Positions 40,377 through 49,481 of a stretch of DNA of 64,000 bases are shown piece by piece. Source of the stretch: Deltaproteobacteria bacterium SG8_13 (GTDB taxonomy: Bacteria > Desulfobacterota > Desulfobacteria > Desulfobacterales > SG8-13); NCBI GenBank assembly GCA_001303025.1, contig LJNK01000014.1, positions 2,998-66,997 on the forward strand, read 5' to 3'. Numbering within the stretch: the stretch's first letter is position 1; every line of letters starts with the position of its first letter. The position numbers and the translations under genes are program-made. The notes beneath the pieces were generated by a model, which was not told the origin of the DNA, ran no database searches, and was given only the letters and a program-made list of their open reading frames with translations.

Positions 40377-41276
40377 ATGCCGCAGGAGCCAGGTTACGCT
40401 ATCGTTTTGTTTGCCGATATCGCTCGCAGCACGCAAATGTATGAGCAACTCGGCGACCGGTTGGCCCAGAAGGTGGTGGACGACTGCCTTACCAGGCTGT
40501 CGGAGACGACCCGCAAACACCGGGGAGATGTGATCAAGACCATCGGCGACGAAATCCTGTGCACCTTCAAAGAGGCCGACGATGCGATCCAGGCAGCCGT
40601 TGAGATGAATCGGGGTTTCGATCAGAAGCAGGGAAAAGAGAATGCGGATTCGCCGTCCCCTCAGGTCGCCATCGGAATGCACTGCGGTCCGTTGATCCAG
40701 ACACGCAGAGATGTTTTCGGCGACACGGTTAACGTGGCGGCCCGGATCGTCAAGCTGGCCAAGCCACGGCAGATTCTTCTCACCGAGCCGGTGGCCCAAT
40801 CCGTTCAGCCCTCCTTGCGAGGCAAGATCCGTTATGTCGATACGCAAACCCTCAGAGGTAAAAGCGGACGGATGAGCATACAGGAGTATCTCTGGGAACC
40901 GGGGGATGCCACGGTGCTGCTGAAACGATCGGCATTGCCGAAAAATGCGCAGTCCGGGCTGGTGCTGACATGGGCAGAGAACACCATCCGGTTGGACCCC
41001 GACCGACCGGCGGTTTCCCTGGGCCGCCAGGATCACAACGATCTGATCCTAAATTACGAGCGGGTTTCCAGATTCCATGCGCGGATTGAGTATCGTCGCG
41101 GGAAATTTCACCTTATCGACCACAGCTCCAACGGCACTTACCTGCAGCGTCCCGGAACAGATGCCGTCTTCATCAAAAGAGATGAAACCCTGCTGTCGGG
41201 CAGCGGCATCATCAGTCTCGGCAGGCTCGCAACCCCGGGATCGCCCGGTGCCGTCCACTTTGCCGTAGAAGCGTAA
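40377..41276 (+). CDS. Class III adenylate/guanylate cyclase domain plus FHA domain protein
   Basis: FADIARST, KTIGDEILC, DVFGDTVNVAARI; C-terminal LGRQDHND...VSRFHARI...DHSSNGT. Confidence 0.88.
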   Translation: MPQEPGYAIVLFADIARSTQMYEQLGDRLAQKVVDDCLTRLSETTRKHRGDVIKTIGDEILCTFKEADDAIQAAVEMNRGFDQKQGKENADSPSPQVAIGMHCGPLIQTRRDVFGDTVNVAARIVKLAKPRQILLTEPVAQSVQPSLRGKIRYVDTQTLRGKSGRMSIQEYLWEPGDATVLLKRSALPKNAQSGLVLTWAENTIRLDPDRPAVSLGRQDHNDLILNYERVSRFHARIEYRRGKFHLIDHSSNGTYLQRPGTDAVFIKRDETLLSGSGIISLGRLATPGSPGAVHFAVEA

Positions 41277-41313
41277 ACACCGCCTGCATGCCTTCAGTGC
41301 GATCTGGGCATCT

Positions 41314-41676
41314 TCAAAGCTGCACGCTCAGGCATTCGACCTCATGGGATCCAACGACTTTCGTGACATGACCCCGTCCGCGGGTGTCTTCCAGCACAAC
41401 GGCTTCTCCCGGACCGAAGCGGCGCGACTGGCCGCCGTCGACGGTCATTTCGAACTGTCCGGACAAACAGACGATTAGCTGGCGCACCGGCGTAGGGTGC
41501 CAGCTGCCGTCCCAGCCGACCGGAAGGCGCAGGATACCCCATCGACTTGCCGGATGAAATTCGGAAACCTGCAGTGGTGCCGCCGGCGGGGCAAAATCCT
41601 TGCGTTCCATTTCCACATCCGTTTCCGCAAATCGGGAGCGCTCTTCATCATCGATGACAATGCGTACAATCTTCAA
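41314..41676 (-). CDS. Cupin domain protein
   Basis: WHPTPVRQLIVCLSG...LEDTRGRGH cupin motifs; TTG start. Confidence 0.8.
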   Translation of the reverse strand: MKIVRIVIDDEERSRFAETDVEMERKDFAPPAAPLQVSEFHPASRWGILRLPVGWDGSWHPTPVRQLIVCLSGQFEMTVDGGQSRRFGPGEAVVLEDTRGRGHVTKVVGSHEVECLSVQL

Positions 41677-41747
41677 AACGATTCTCCTGTTCGATAAATA
41701 AGGCGGCGTTGCGAATTTGGTGAGGCCGGGACATTACCAACGGCTGC

Positions 41748-41825
41748 TGGCGTCCCCAAGAGGATTTGAACCTCTGTCTTCCCGCTGAGAACGGGATATC
41801 CTGGGCCTGGCTAGACGATGGGGAC
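41748..41825 (-). tRNA. tRNA-Glu (anticodon CUC), encoded CCA
   Basis: GTCCCCA/TGGGGAC acceptor stem, TCCCG-TTCTCAG-CGGGA anticodon arm, AGAGG-TTCAAAT-CCTCT T-arm, short variable loop, 78 nt. Confidence 0.93.
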
Positions 41826-41830
41826 GCGTA

Positions 41831-41859
41831 AAGATAAATCGGTTTTAGTCGGGTCGCAA
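41831..41859 (-). promoter_or_regulatory. sigma70 promoter of tRNA-Glu, overlapping the end of the 18-heme cytochrome gene
   Basis: TTGCGA-17 nt-TATCTT on the minus strand, 5 nt before the tRNA 5' end. Confidence 0.55.
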
Positions 41860-44112
41860 GATCCGCTTGTCCGGTTGATGAAAATAGAGGTAGCGAAAGG
41901 GGGCTTCTTCCGCGTGGCAGTTTACACAAACGGTTTTGTAGCTTGCCGTCCGCAAAAATTTACTGGCCCCCGACCCTTGCAGGATTTTCACAGGGCGTGC
42001 GGCATTTCCGAGAAAACCCCACCGGTGGCTGTCGTGACAGGACGGGCAAGAGATATTTCCGATATCGACCCTGTGGCCATTGCCGTCAAACAGGGGCGTA
42101 TAAAAACCACGGCGTTTGTCAAACAGGGCCGTATTGATAATCAACCGGTCCGTCGGGTGGGAAGCGATGCGGGGGATCTTTTTTTCTGCGATATTTCCCC
42201 TGGAATGACAGCTGGTGCACAGCGAATCGACAACGCTGTCGGATCTGTCGGCCGGGCCGGCGCGTCTCACCCAGAGCCGGATCCGACCGGGGCTGTTGTG
42301 AACGACGTGACACGCGCCGCACGGACCAGATTGTCGTACCGTCTGATTCCGCAAATTTTTTTCCAACGGAGCGGTGACGTTCAGATCGTGGGCGGTGCCG
42401 ATGATCTGCGCCTGATCCCTATGACAGCTGTTGCAAAGTGCGGACGAAGGCGCGTTCGCCATCCGAAGGAAGCTGTCGGCAGGGCTTCCCTCCACATTCT
42501 CAAACGAATAAGAGCCGCCGGCGTTCGTCGTTTTCGGATCCCAGCGATGGGGCTCGTGGCAGGTCAGACAGGCGATTTTTTCATCCGCCTTACGGTTTCC
42601 GTCACTGTCGTACAAGGGAAGATCACCGGTCGTTGGATCCGTGGATACGGTTATGGCCTGCAGGTCGGGCTTTACTTCGATCGGGTGATCACTGCCGCCG
42701 ACAATTTTTAACTTGGCCGCACCGCCTCGATTGTGACAGCCGGTGCACATTTGCATCGCAAAACTGCTGCCGGCGGAGCGATCTTTGGCCCAGAGTCTGG
42801 TGCCGACGGCATGGTGGGGGAGGTGACACGCGCTGCAGGGACCGGATACGTTCGGGGTGAGACCGGAAACATTTTTTTCATCCGGTGCCGTCACACTCAG
42901 GTTGTGATCGGAGGCCAGCACCGGCTTGTTGTCGCGGTGACAGGTCACACAAAGGGTGGATATACCGCTGTTGGATATCCGTAAAAAGCTGTTGTTCGCA
43001 TCGCCGGCAACATCTCTGTCGGCGAAATAAACGGGTTTTTCCGGCGCCCACTGATGAACATCATGGCAGGTGAAACACTGCATCCTGCCCGCCGGATTTC
43101 GGGTTGCATCATCGGCAAACAACGGCAAGTCGGTGGGGATCGAGCTGTTTGAAAGGGGCTCGACGTTGACGGGGTGAGAATAAACCCCCACTTGCCTGAT
43201 GTTGCCGTTGCTTGGGTGATCGTGGCACACCAGGCACATCTGCGATGGATTGTTGACGATAGCAAAGGGTCTGGCCCATAGTTTTTTATTGGCCGCATGA
43301 TGCGGAACATGGCACGCACCGCAGGGGCCGGATTCAGCCGGCAGCTGCTGCTTGAGGTTCTTTGATTCGGACATCGTCAATCGCAGGTCGTGCTTTGAAT
43401 GTAATACCTGCTTTTGCTTCCGATGGCATTCGGTGCACAACTCGGAGCTGTAGTTTTCGATGGCGACGATCTTTTTGCCTTTTGCGCCGTGCACCTTGTG
43501 GCACGTCTGACAGACGATGTTGGGATTGTCTGCCGCTTCGCTGCCCTGCAGATTCAGCGATGCGGTCGATATGCGACCGCGGGGCACTTGCAGGGGGTGA
43601 CCGTTGGTGAGGGTAAAACGCGCTTCGTTTCGGTGGCACATCGCACAGAGGCTCGAATCTACGTTTTTTTCCCGGAAAAACGATGTGATCCCCTCCACGC
43701 CGCCTTTGGGGGCCGATCCGGCACCATGAGGAGAATGGCAGGTTCCGCAGTAAAGTTCATCCTTGTTGCTTAGCGGAAGAGATTTCGGCACGTTCACTTT
43801 TCGAGAAGGTTTTACAAATGTTTTGTGGCTGTTGTGTTTCCACACCAGATGCCGGGAGTCCTGGACATAGCCGTCATGGCAGCTGTAGCAGATATCCTCG
43901 GAGCTCACTACTCCCTGCGTGTCCTTCATGAGCACATTGCCGGGCTGCCAGTCGATCAGGGTTTCTTTGTCGGTGCGAAAATCATCCAGCCACATGACGT
44001 GGCAGATGGCGCAGTCCCTTTTGGAAGACATTTCAAATGCCGGCGCAGCCGAAGGAAGCATCAGAAGTGCCATTATGGCAAACAGGAGCATGGTGGGCGT
44101 TGATTTGACCAT
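41845..44112 (-). CDS. Multiheme cytochrome c, 18 CXXCH (paired-CXXCH type)
   Basis: Signal peptide; 18 CXXCH motifs counted, CAICH through CVNCH. Confidence 0.93.
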   Translation of the reverse strand: MVKSTPTMLLFAIMALLMLPSAAPAFEMSSKRDCAICHVMWLDDFRTDKETLIDWQPGNVLMKDTQGVVSSEDICYSCHDGYVQDSRHLVWKHNSHKTFVKPSRKVNVPKSLPLSNKDELYCGTCHSPHGAGSAPKGGVEGITSFFREKNVDSSLCAMCHRNEARFTLTNGHPLQVPRGRISTASLNLQGSEAADNPNIVCQTCHKVHGAKGKKIVAIENYSSELCTECHRKQKQVLHSKHDLRLTMSESKNLKQQLPAESGPCGACHVPHHAANKKLWARPFAIVNNPSQMCLVCHDHPSNGNIRQVGVYSHPVNVEPLSNSSIPTDLPLFADDATRNPAGRMQCFTCHDVHQWAPEKPVYFADRDVAGDANNSFLRISNSGISTLCVTCHRDNKPVLASDHNLSVTAPDEKNVSGLTPNVSGPCSACHLPHHAVGTRLWAKDRSAGSSFAMQMCTGCHNRGGAAKLKIVGGSDHPIEVKPDLQAITVSTDPTTGDLPLYDSDGNRKADEKIACLTCHEPHRWDPKTTNAGGSYSFENVEGSPADSFLRMANAPSSALCNSCHRDQAQIIGTAHDLNVTAPLEKNLRNQTVRQSGPCGACHVVHNSPGRIRLWVRRAGPADRSDSVVDSLCTSCHSRGNIAEKKIPRIASHPTDRLIINTALFDKRRGFYTPLFDGNGHRVDIGNISCPSCHDSHRWGFLGNAARPVKILQGSGASKFLRTASYKTVCVNCHAEEAPFRYLYFHQPDKRILRPD

Positions 44113-44239
44113 TTGCTGTACCGCAATGAAGTCGACCGTCCAGTGTCTGTCAGGGGTCGTGCAAATCCCGTCGGGCCGGGATCGATTCTTTTTTCGATTG
44201 TTTCAGGTACCGGTGGATTTCATGGAAACACCTGCGGCA

Positions 44240-45232
44240 TCAATCAGCTATCGACAATACACTGATCTTGTTCGCACGCATTTCCACCACATACAGCCGT
44301 CGGTGCCGGCTGTCGAATGCAATTCCGACAGGAGTCGTAAATTGTTTTTTGCCGCTGTTTTCACAAACAACACCGAGGAATCGTCCCGGGGCAGTAAACA
44401 CCTGGATGAGGCCCATGTAACTGTCACTGACAAATATGCGGTCGTTTTCATCGATGGTCACGCCTTTGGGCCTGAAGAGATTTCCAGGGAGCACACCCCA
44501 TGAACCGATTTCGCTCAGAAAATTTCCGTGGGGATCAAAGACCTGGACGCGTGTATTGAGAACATCGACGACAAAAACCTGGTTGTACTGGTTAACCGCC
44601 AGCATGCCCGGGTACCTGAATTCACCAGGCCCCTCACCGAATTTGCCCCATTCGAATTCAAACCGGCCATCTTGCGAAAAAACCCGTATTTTGTGATTGT
44701 CGTTATCGGATACGTACAAGTAGCTGTTAAAATCCGATACGAGCACATCGACCGGATCGGCCGGCTTTTCGCCCGGTTTTGTTTCCACCCGAAACTGGTA
44801 TAAAAACTTCCCCGTCAGATCGAACGCCTGAATGCGATGATTGCCCGTATCGGCGATAAACACCTTGCCGTCTGCGGATATGTCGATCCCCAGCGGGCGT
44901 GCGAATTCACCGTTCCCACTGCCGTCTTTGCCGAAAGAAAAATGCCGACTGCCGTTGCTGCCGATCACCAGGATTCGGCTGTTGACGCCGTCGACCAGGT
45001 ACAGATCGCCGTTGGGCCCGATCGCGATATCGCTGGGCTGGTCGGAATCCGGTTGTATATCGAAAAGCAATCGGCCGGTGGTGCATTCCACGGCATCGGA
45101 TAGACCCGGCAGGATCAGGATAGAAAGGCTGACGATCAGATATTGTAAGATGCGGTAGGGCCGATACAAATCTTCACCTGCACCATCATCTGGATTGCCC
45201 GGGTGTCCGGATGGTTGATTTTCATGCGACAT
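44240..45232 (-). CDS. NHL-repeat beta-propeller protein
   Basis: Repeated F..P.GI...G..YV.D..N.RIQVF units after a hydrophobic N-terminal segment. Confidence 0.9.
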   Translation of the reverse strand: MSHENQPSGHPGNPDDGAGEDLYRPYRILQYLIVSLSILILPGLSDAVECTTGRLLFDIQPDSDQPSDIAIGPNGDLYLVDGVNSRILVIGSNGSRHFSFGKDGSGNGEFARPLGIDISADGKVFIADTGNHRIQAFDLTGKFLYQFRVETKPGEKPADPVDVLVSDFNSYLYVSDNDNHKIRVFSQDGRFEFEWGKFGEGPGEFRYPGMLAVNQYNQVFVVDVLNTRVQVFDPHGNFLSEIGSWGVLPGNLFRPKGVTIDENDRIFVSDSYMGLIQVFTAPGRFLGVVCENSGKKQFTTPVGIAFDSRHRRLYVVEMRANKISVLSIAD

Positions 45233-45262
45233 TCAGGCAGCCGTGTTCGCGGGCCCGGTTAT

Positions 45263-46093
45263 TTACTTGAACAGGGCCGGCAAGTGAAATTCCTTATATT
45301 TGGTGATCATGCCCTTGATGTTCATCTGCTGTAAATCGACCGCCCGGTTGGCCTCGAATCCGAGCGCTTCAAAATCGAGCACGCCGGTTTTCGAATGGCA
45401 AACTTCGCATTCATATCCTTTGGGCTTGATGTTTTCATGAAATTTCATCTTGAAAACATCCCGCTGTTCGGGGGAAAGTGAATCTCTGACCTTGACGAAA
45501 TCCCTGGCCAGGGGGGCATCCTGCGCCTGAATGGCCGAAACCAGCTTATCCTCTTTTTTAAAGTAGGGGGCAATCTTGGACAGAAGATCGGTCCCGGTTG
45601 CAAGGGCTCCCGTTTCGGGGTCATAGCGGGTGCCGAAAAACGGCCCGGTCGGATTTTCGTCGCCGGGATTGTACCATTTGTAAACGACGGTCTTCTCTTC
45701 GCTTTCCTTGATGTGACAGGTTTCACACACAAAGTATTGGGTGTGCATGTTGAGCAGAGAGCGTATTTTTTTGTTTTTTACGTGCGGGTAGTCGGAATGA
45801 CAGATGTAACAGGCGGGACGCTGGCCTTCAGCGAGCTGCGGGAAGTCGACGATATTGTGAAAATGCCGGTGGATTTCCAGCTCCTGAAGCCGCTTGGCTT
45901 CTTCCAAAACGGCCGATTTGTGTTCGGTGAAGTATTTTTCGACCACCGGTTTCAACAGCTCGGGACCGTGCGGAGATACGGCCAGGTGGTGCAACACACC
46001 AATGAACACCAGAAAGGTGACCGTTAGCACCACAAATCCGATGAGGTAGGCAATTTTCGGATGATCCGTTCTCTTATCGGTTGTTTGGCTCAA
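45263..46093 (-). CDS. Membrane-anchored triheme cytochrome c
   Basis: N-terminal TM; CYICH, CETCH, CEVCH; TTG start at 46093 after AGGGG, downstream of the cytochrome b stop. Confidence 0.82.
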   Translation of the reverse strand: MSQTTDKRTDHPKIAYLIGFVVLTVTFLVFIGVLHHLAVSPHGPELLKPVVEKYFTEHKSAVLEEAKRLQELEIHRHFHNIVDFPQLAEGQRPACYICHSDYPHVKNKKIRSLLNMHTQYFVCETCHIKESEEKTVVYKWYNPGDENPTGPFFGTRYDPETGALATGTDLLSKIAPYFKKEDKLVSAIQAQDAPLARDFVKVRDSLSPEQRDVFKMKFHENIKPKGYECEVCHSKTGVLDFEALGFEANRAVDLQQMNIKGMITKYKEFHLPALFK

Positions 46094-46143
46094 TTTGAGA
46101 GTCCCCCTATGACGGTTGACATGCAGTGGTGTTGCTGTCCGGT

Positions 46144-47103
46144 TTAGTGAATACGGGACAAATCGGCAATCGATACGCTTGCCGGTTTGGAAAATCCCTT
46201 CTCCTTTAGCAGGTTTTTCATATACTCTTTTTCCTCGGGGATTTCCTCGAGATTGCGAATATACTCCAGAAAGTGCTCTTCGATCTGATGTTCCCGTGTG
46301 ATCTTTCCGGTCAAAAACGCCCATTGAAATGGAAAACGACCCGGGACGAAGTGAACGTTCAGCAAATGCCAGAATGATATCACCAGCAGCGCCATCACCG
46401 CTTCATCGGCGTGCATGAGCCTTGCGAGCTCCTGAAAAAAAGCCGGGAAGGATCCCGCGCTTTTACCGGCTGCCGGCAGCAACCGTGCCAATGTTTCGGG
46501 AAATATTTTGGCCATCAAATCGGGGAAAAGCAAGGCCGCTCCGGCGGTGATCAGCACGGTATTTCCCCAGATGATGGCCAGATAATGCAGCTTTTGTTTG
46601 TACATGAATTTTTCCATTTTCGGCCGATAAGGGGCCAGGCCGAAAAAATACTTCATGTCGTGAATCAGATCGAACAGATCTTTCGGCACGGGGATTTGCG
46701 TTCTTTTGTAATCGAACTGGTTTTTCAGCAGTTTTCGAGCGGTCCCGCCGACAATGGTAATGACATGGTACAGGCAGGTAAATATCATCAAAAATGCCGC
46801 TACCCGGTGAACGATTCGGGCCGTGTCGGCGCCGCCGAACATCGATATCAAGTGAGGGGCCCAGAACAGGTCGCTGTAATACAGCGGCAGCCCTGTGAGC
46901 ACCAATACCAAAAAAGTGACGACCACCAGAAAGTGCTGGATCACGATGTGCACAGAATACCTGGGCAGATCCCCCAAAGGGTCCGAGGTCACGTATTTGT
47001 AAATGTCCCTGGGGATGTTGCCCACACCTTCCACGTGGGTGTAGTATTCTTCAGCGTCCGCCCGCTGGTCCGGCACGGCCATTGCTTCCGATGGATTCGA
47101 CAT
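46144..47103 (-). CDS. Cytochrome b subunit (FdnI/CbcB-like), quinone-interacting membrane protein
   Basis: 4 TM segments with His in QHFL, VHRV and MHADEAVMALLVISFWHLL; KFMYKQKLHY loop. Confidence 0.85.
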   Translation of the reverse strand: MSNPSEAMAVPDQRADAEEYYTHVEGVGNIPRDIYKYVTSDPLGDLPRYSVHIVIQHFLVVVTFLVLVLTGLPLYYSDLFWAPHLISMFGGADTARIVHRVAAFLMIFTCLYHVITIVGGTARKLLKNQFDYKRTQIPVPKDLFDLIHDMKYFFGLAPYRPKMEKFMYKQKLHYLAIIWGNTVLITAGAALLFPDLMAKIFPETLARLLPAAGKSAGSFPAFFQELARLMHADEAVMALLVISFWHLLNVHFVPGRFPFQWAFLTGKITREHQIEEHFLEYIRNLEEIPEEKEYMKNLLKEKGFSKPASVSIADLSRIH

Positions 47104-47121
47104 GGTACATCTCCCGGGTAG

Positions 47122-48192
47122 TTATCGGTTTTTGGGGTTTCCCCGCCATGCGGTTCCGCGGCGCAGCAGAAACTTGACACCGTCTTTCCTCCTGCCGTAG
47201 GTTTCAACGGCCATCAGTCCGACCATGCTGAACAGCGAACCATAGAGCGCCAGTCGGAAAAAAATGCTCGCGAAATAGACAATCGGATTTTTCTCCCGTT
47301 CAATGCGCGGATGGACGGCTATTTTAATAAACCAGCTGTTTGTTTGCTCATGGCATTGTCTGCAGGTGGTCATCAGGTTGTCTTTGTGAATCGTGGCCTT
47401 CACATTGTCTTTTTTGTAAATATCATGCAGTGCGTTGGAGGCGTGACAGCTAATACAATCCGCTGTCATTTCAGATCCCAGCGCGATCGATTTACCGTGG
47501 ATCGATCGGTTGTAGGTTTCCACCGCCAGCAGGGCTTCCTCGGAAACGTTTATCTTTTTCATCATTTCCCTGTCGTCGTGGCACTTGCTGCACAGCTGCA
47601 CGATTTGCTGGGGGGAGCGGGAGGTCTTTTTGCGCAGCCGGTGGGTTACGTGCATGTACGCCACTGTAACCCCCTTTTGCTCATGACAATTCAGGCAGCG
47701 CTGCAAGGTCTTTTCGTAGTCGATCAGTTTTTCTTCGACCCGTGTGTACAACGGGTTGAGATGACAGAACTTGCAATTCGGCTTGGCGGCTTTTACCTCG
47801 GGAGGATCTTCCGGTCTAACCGCATGCGCGCTTTGACTGTAGATATCGATGATCTTCGTGTGGGAGAATTTCTCCTGTGAATGGGGCGGTTTGAGATGAC
47901 ATGCGTTGGCGCAGTTTACGTCCTCGGTAACCGGATCGTGCGGTATCTTCTTGATGGAAGCGTGGCATTCGCGGCAGGCAATATTTCGGTGAACACTGCC
48001 GGCGAAGAAATGCTCATCCACATTGTAGTTGAACTGTTTGCCGTTTTCGTCGATCCGACCCAGATAGCGATATTTATGGCACATCAAACAGTTTTCTTTG
48101 TCTTGCGCCTCAGCCGGAAGGCCGATAATTAGTGTGATCCAAACGGCAGTAAAAACAAGGCAGAAATTTAGGAAGAACCTGGTTGGTCTCAA
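47122..48192 (-). CDS. Multiheme cytochrome c with C-terminal membrane anchor (CbcA-like), 7 CXXCH plus 1 CX3CH
   Basis: Signal peptide; CLMCH, CRECH, CANACH, CKFCH, CLNCH, CSKCH, CISCH, CRQCH; C-terminal TM; TTG start with GGAG (start uncertain). Confidence 0.85.
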   Translation of the reverse strand: MRPTRFFLNFCLVFTAVWITLIIGLPAEAQDKENCLMCHKYRYLGRIDENGKQFNYNVDEHFFAGSVHRNIACRECHASIKKIPHDPVTEDVNCANACHLKPPHSQEKFSHTKIIDIYSQSAHAVRPEDPPEVKAAKPNCKFCHLNPLYTRVEEKLIDYEKTLQRCLNCHEQKGVTVAYMHVTHRLRKKTSRSPQQIVQLCSKCHDDREMMKKINVSEEALLAVETYNRSIHGKSIALGSEMTADCISCHASNALHDIYKKDNVKATIHKDNLMTTCRQCHEQTNSWFIKIAVHPRIEREKNPIVYFASIFFRLALYGSLFSMVGLMAVETYGRRKDGVKFLLRRGTAWRGNPKNR

Positions 48193-48497
48193 TTTTCTTC
48201 TCCATGAAGTTTCGAAAAAGGGTGAGCCAAACAAACCGCACAACCAAAAACAAGGTGGCAAAACAATGAGCGAAAAACGGAGCCGGCGGCAAAGAACAGG
48301 TTTCGATGTGCAGGGTCAAACCGCCCCTCGGGCGCTGTGGGGTCATTGCCGGCAACTTATTCTACCCGGGAGTGCTCCTGTTGTTGCGCTACCACTTTGT
48401 GGTTTTCCTGTCAAGCAGCAGATTCTATCCAATCTGCTTTCGGACACACGGTTTTCGATTGACGATGGAAACGATACCCGGCGAACCGTGCGTGTTC

Positions 48498-49481
48498 TCA
48501 GAGCTGCCTCATCGGATGACACTTCAGGCACATGTTTCCGGTCAGCCGGTGACGGTGAGCCTCTCCGGCGCCGGCCGCCCCTGCCCGTTTGTCCGGGATT
48601 AATCCTTTTTGATGCGGGTTGTGGCAGGTCACGCACGTGACCCTGCCTTCCTGGTCGAGCGGCAAAACGATGTTGAACCGTATCTGCATCTGGGTGATCT
48701 GCGCCAGCACATCATCGGACGGTTTGCGCAGGTGTCTCTGATGCAGTGGCTGTTTGGCGGCGGTGTTGTGACATCCGATGCAAATCGCCCCGTAATTGCC
48801 GATGAGCTTCACATCCTCGGCCCCGGTCTTTTTCTCGTCTGGCACCTCCGAATGGCAGTACAAACATTTTTCTTTAACGATTTCCCCGTTTGCATTTAGT
48901 TGCTGATGGGGGTTGTACTTCGGGTACTTGTTTTTATCGTGGCATCGGAAGCAGATGTCGATTTGGTTGCCGTACGGCGCTCCCCGCAAAATTCCCTGCT
49001 TCAATATTTTGTCCGAGGGGCTGTCCTGGCACTGCTGAACGATATCGTGGCAGGTGATGCAGGTCATCTTTTTGTCTTGAAGCGGAAACCCGGTGGCGAT
49101 TTTTACATCGCCGGACGGCGGATAGTCAACCGGGTGCGGGTGCATTTTCCCGCTGTTATAATGACAGCTGCACAGGTATTGCGTGTTTCCGTCGTATTTC
49201 AAGTACGGTTCCGATTTTGCGATGGGCAGTTTTTCATGACACTCCAGGCAATATCTGCTGTCAAAGTGAATATTGGTCGTGTCGGGTATGCTGCGTTGAA
49301 CGATGACCGCTTCCTGTGAACCGGCTTGGGGGGCAGCGCCGACTTTTCGAGAAAATATGGAATCTTTCTGGTTGTACTGGCAACCGTAAACACCCCAGAT
49401 CAGCACCACGGGAGTCAACAGCGCGAGGCACCATTTGAACCGCGGCCGGTTATCGTTTTGCCGGGAAGTGAAAGTACTCAT
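48498..49481 (-). CDS. Lipoprotein multiheme cytochrome c, 7 CXXCH plus 1 CXCH
   Basis: Lipobox-like VYG-C; CLECH, CSCH, CITCH, CFRCH, CLYCH, CIGCH, CVTCH, CLKCH; start reassigned to MSTFTSRQ. Confidence 0.82.
   Translation of the reverse strand: MSTFTSRQNDNRPRFKWCLALLTPVVLIWGVYGCQYNQKDSIFSRKVGAAPQAGSQEAVIVQRSIPDTTNIHFDSRYCLECHEKLPIAKSEPYLKYDGNTQYLCSCHYNSGKMHPHPVDYPPSGDVKIATGFPLQDKKMTCITCHDIVQQCQDSPSDKILKQGILRGAPYGNQIDICFRCHDKNKYPKYNPHQQLNANGEIVKEKCLYCHSEVPDEKKTGAEDVKLIGNYGAICIGCHNTAAKQPLHQRHLRKPSDDVLAQITQMQIRFNIVLPLDQEGRVTCVTCHNPHQKGLIPDKRAGAAGAGEAHRHRLTGNMCLKCHPMRQL

Noticed and set aside
40200-41036. 278-aa minus-strand ORF and other long overlapping ORFs (e.g. 24212-25732, 50542-52017, 54447-55865)
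   Set aside because: Antisense shadows of well-supported genes, expected in GC-rich coding DNA
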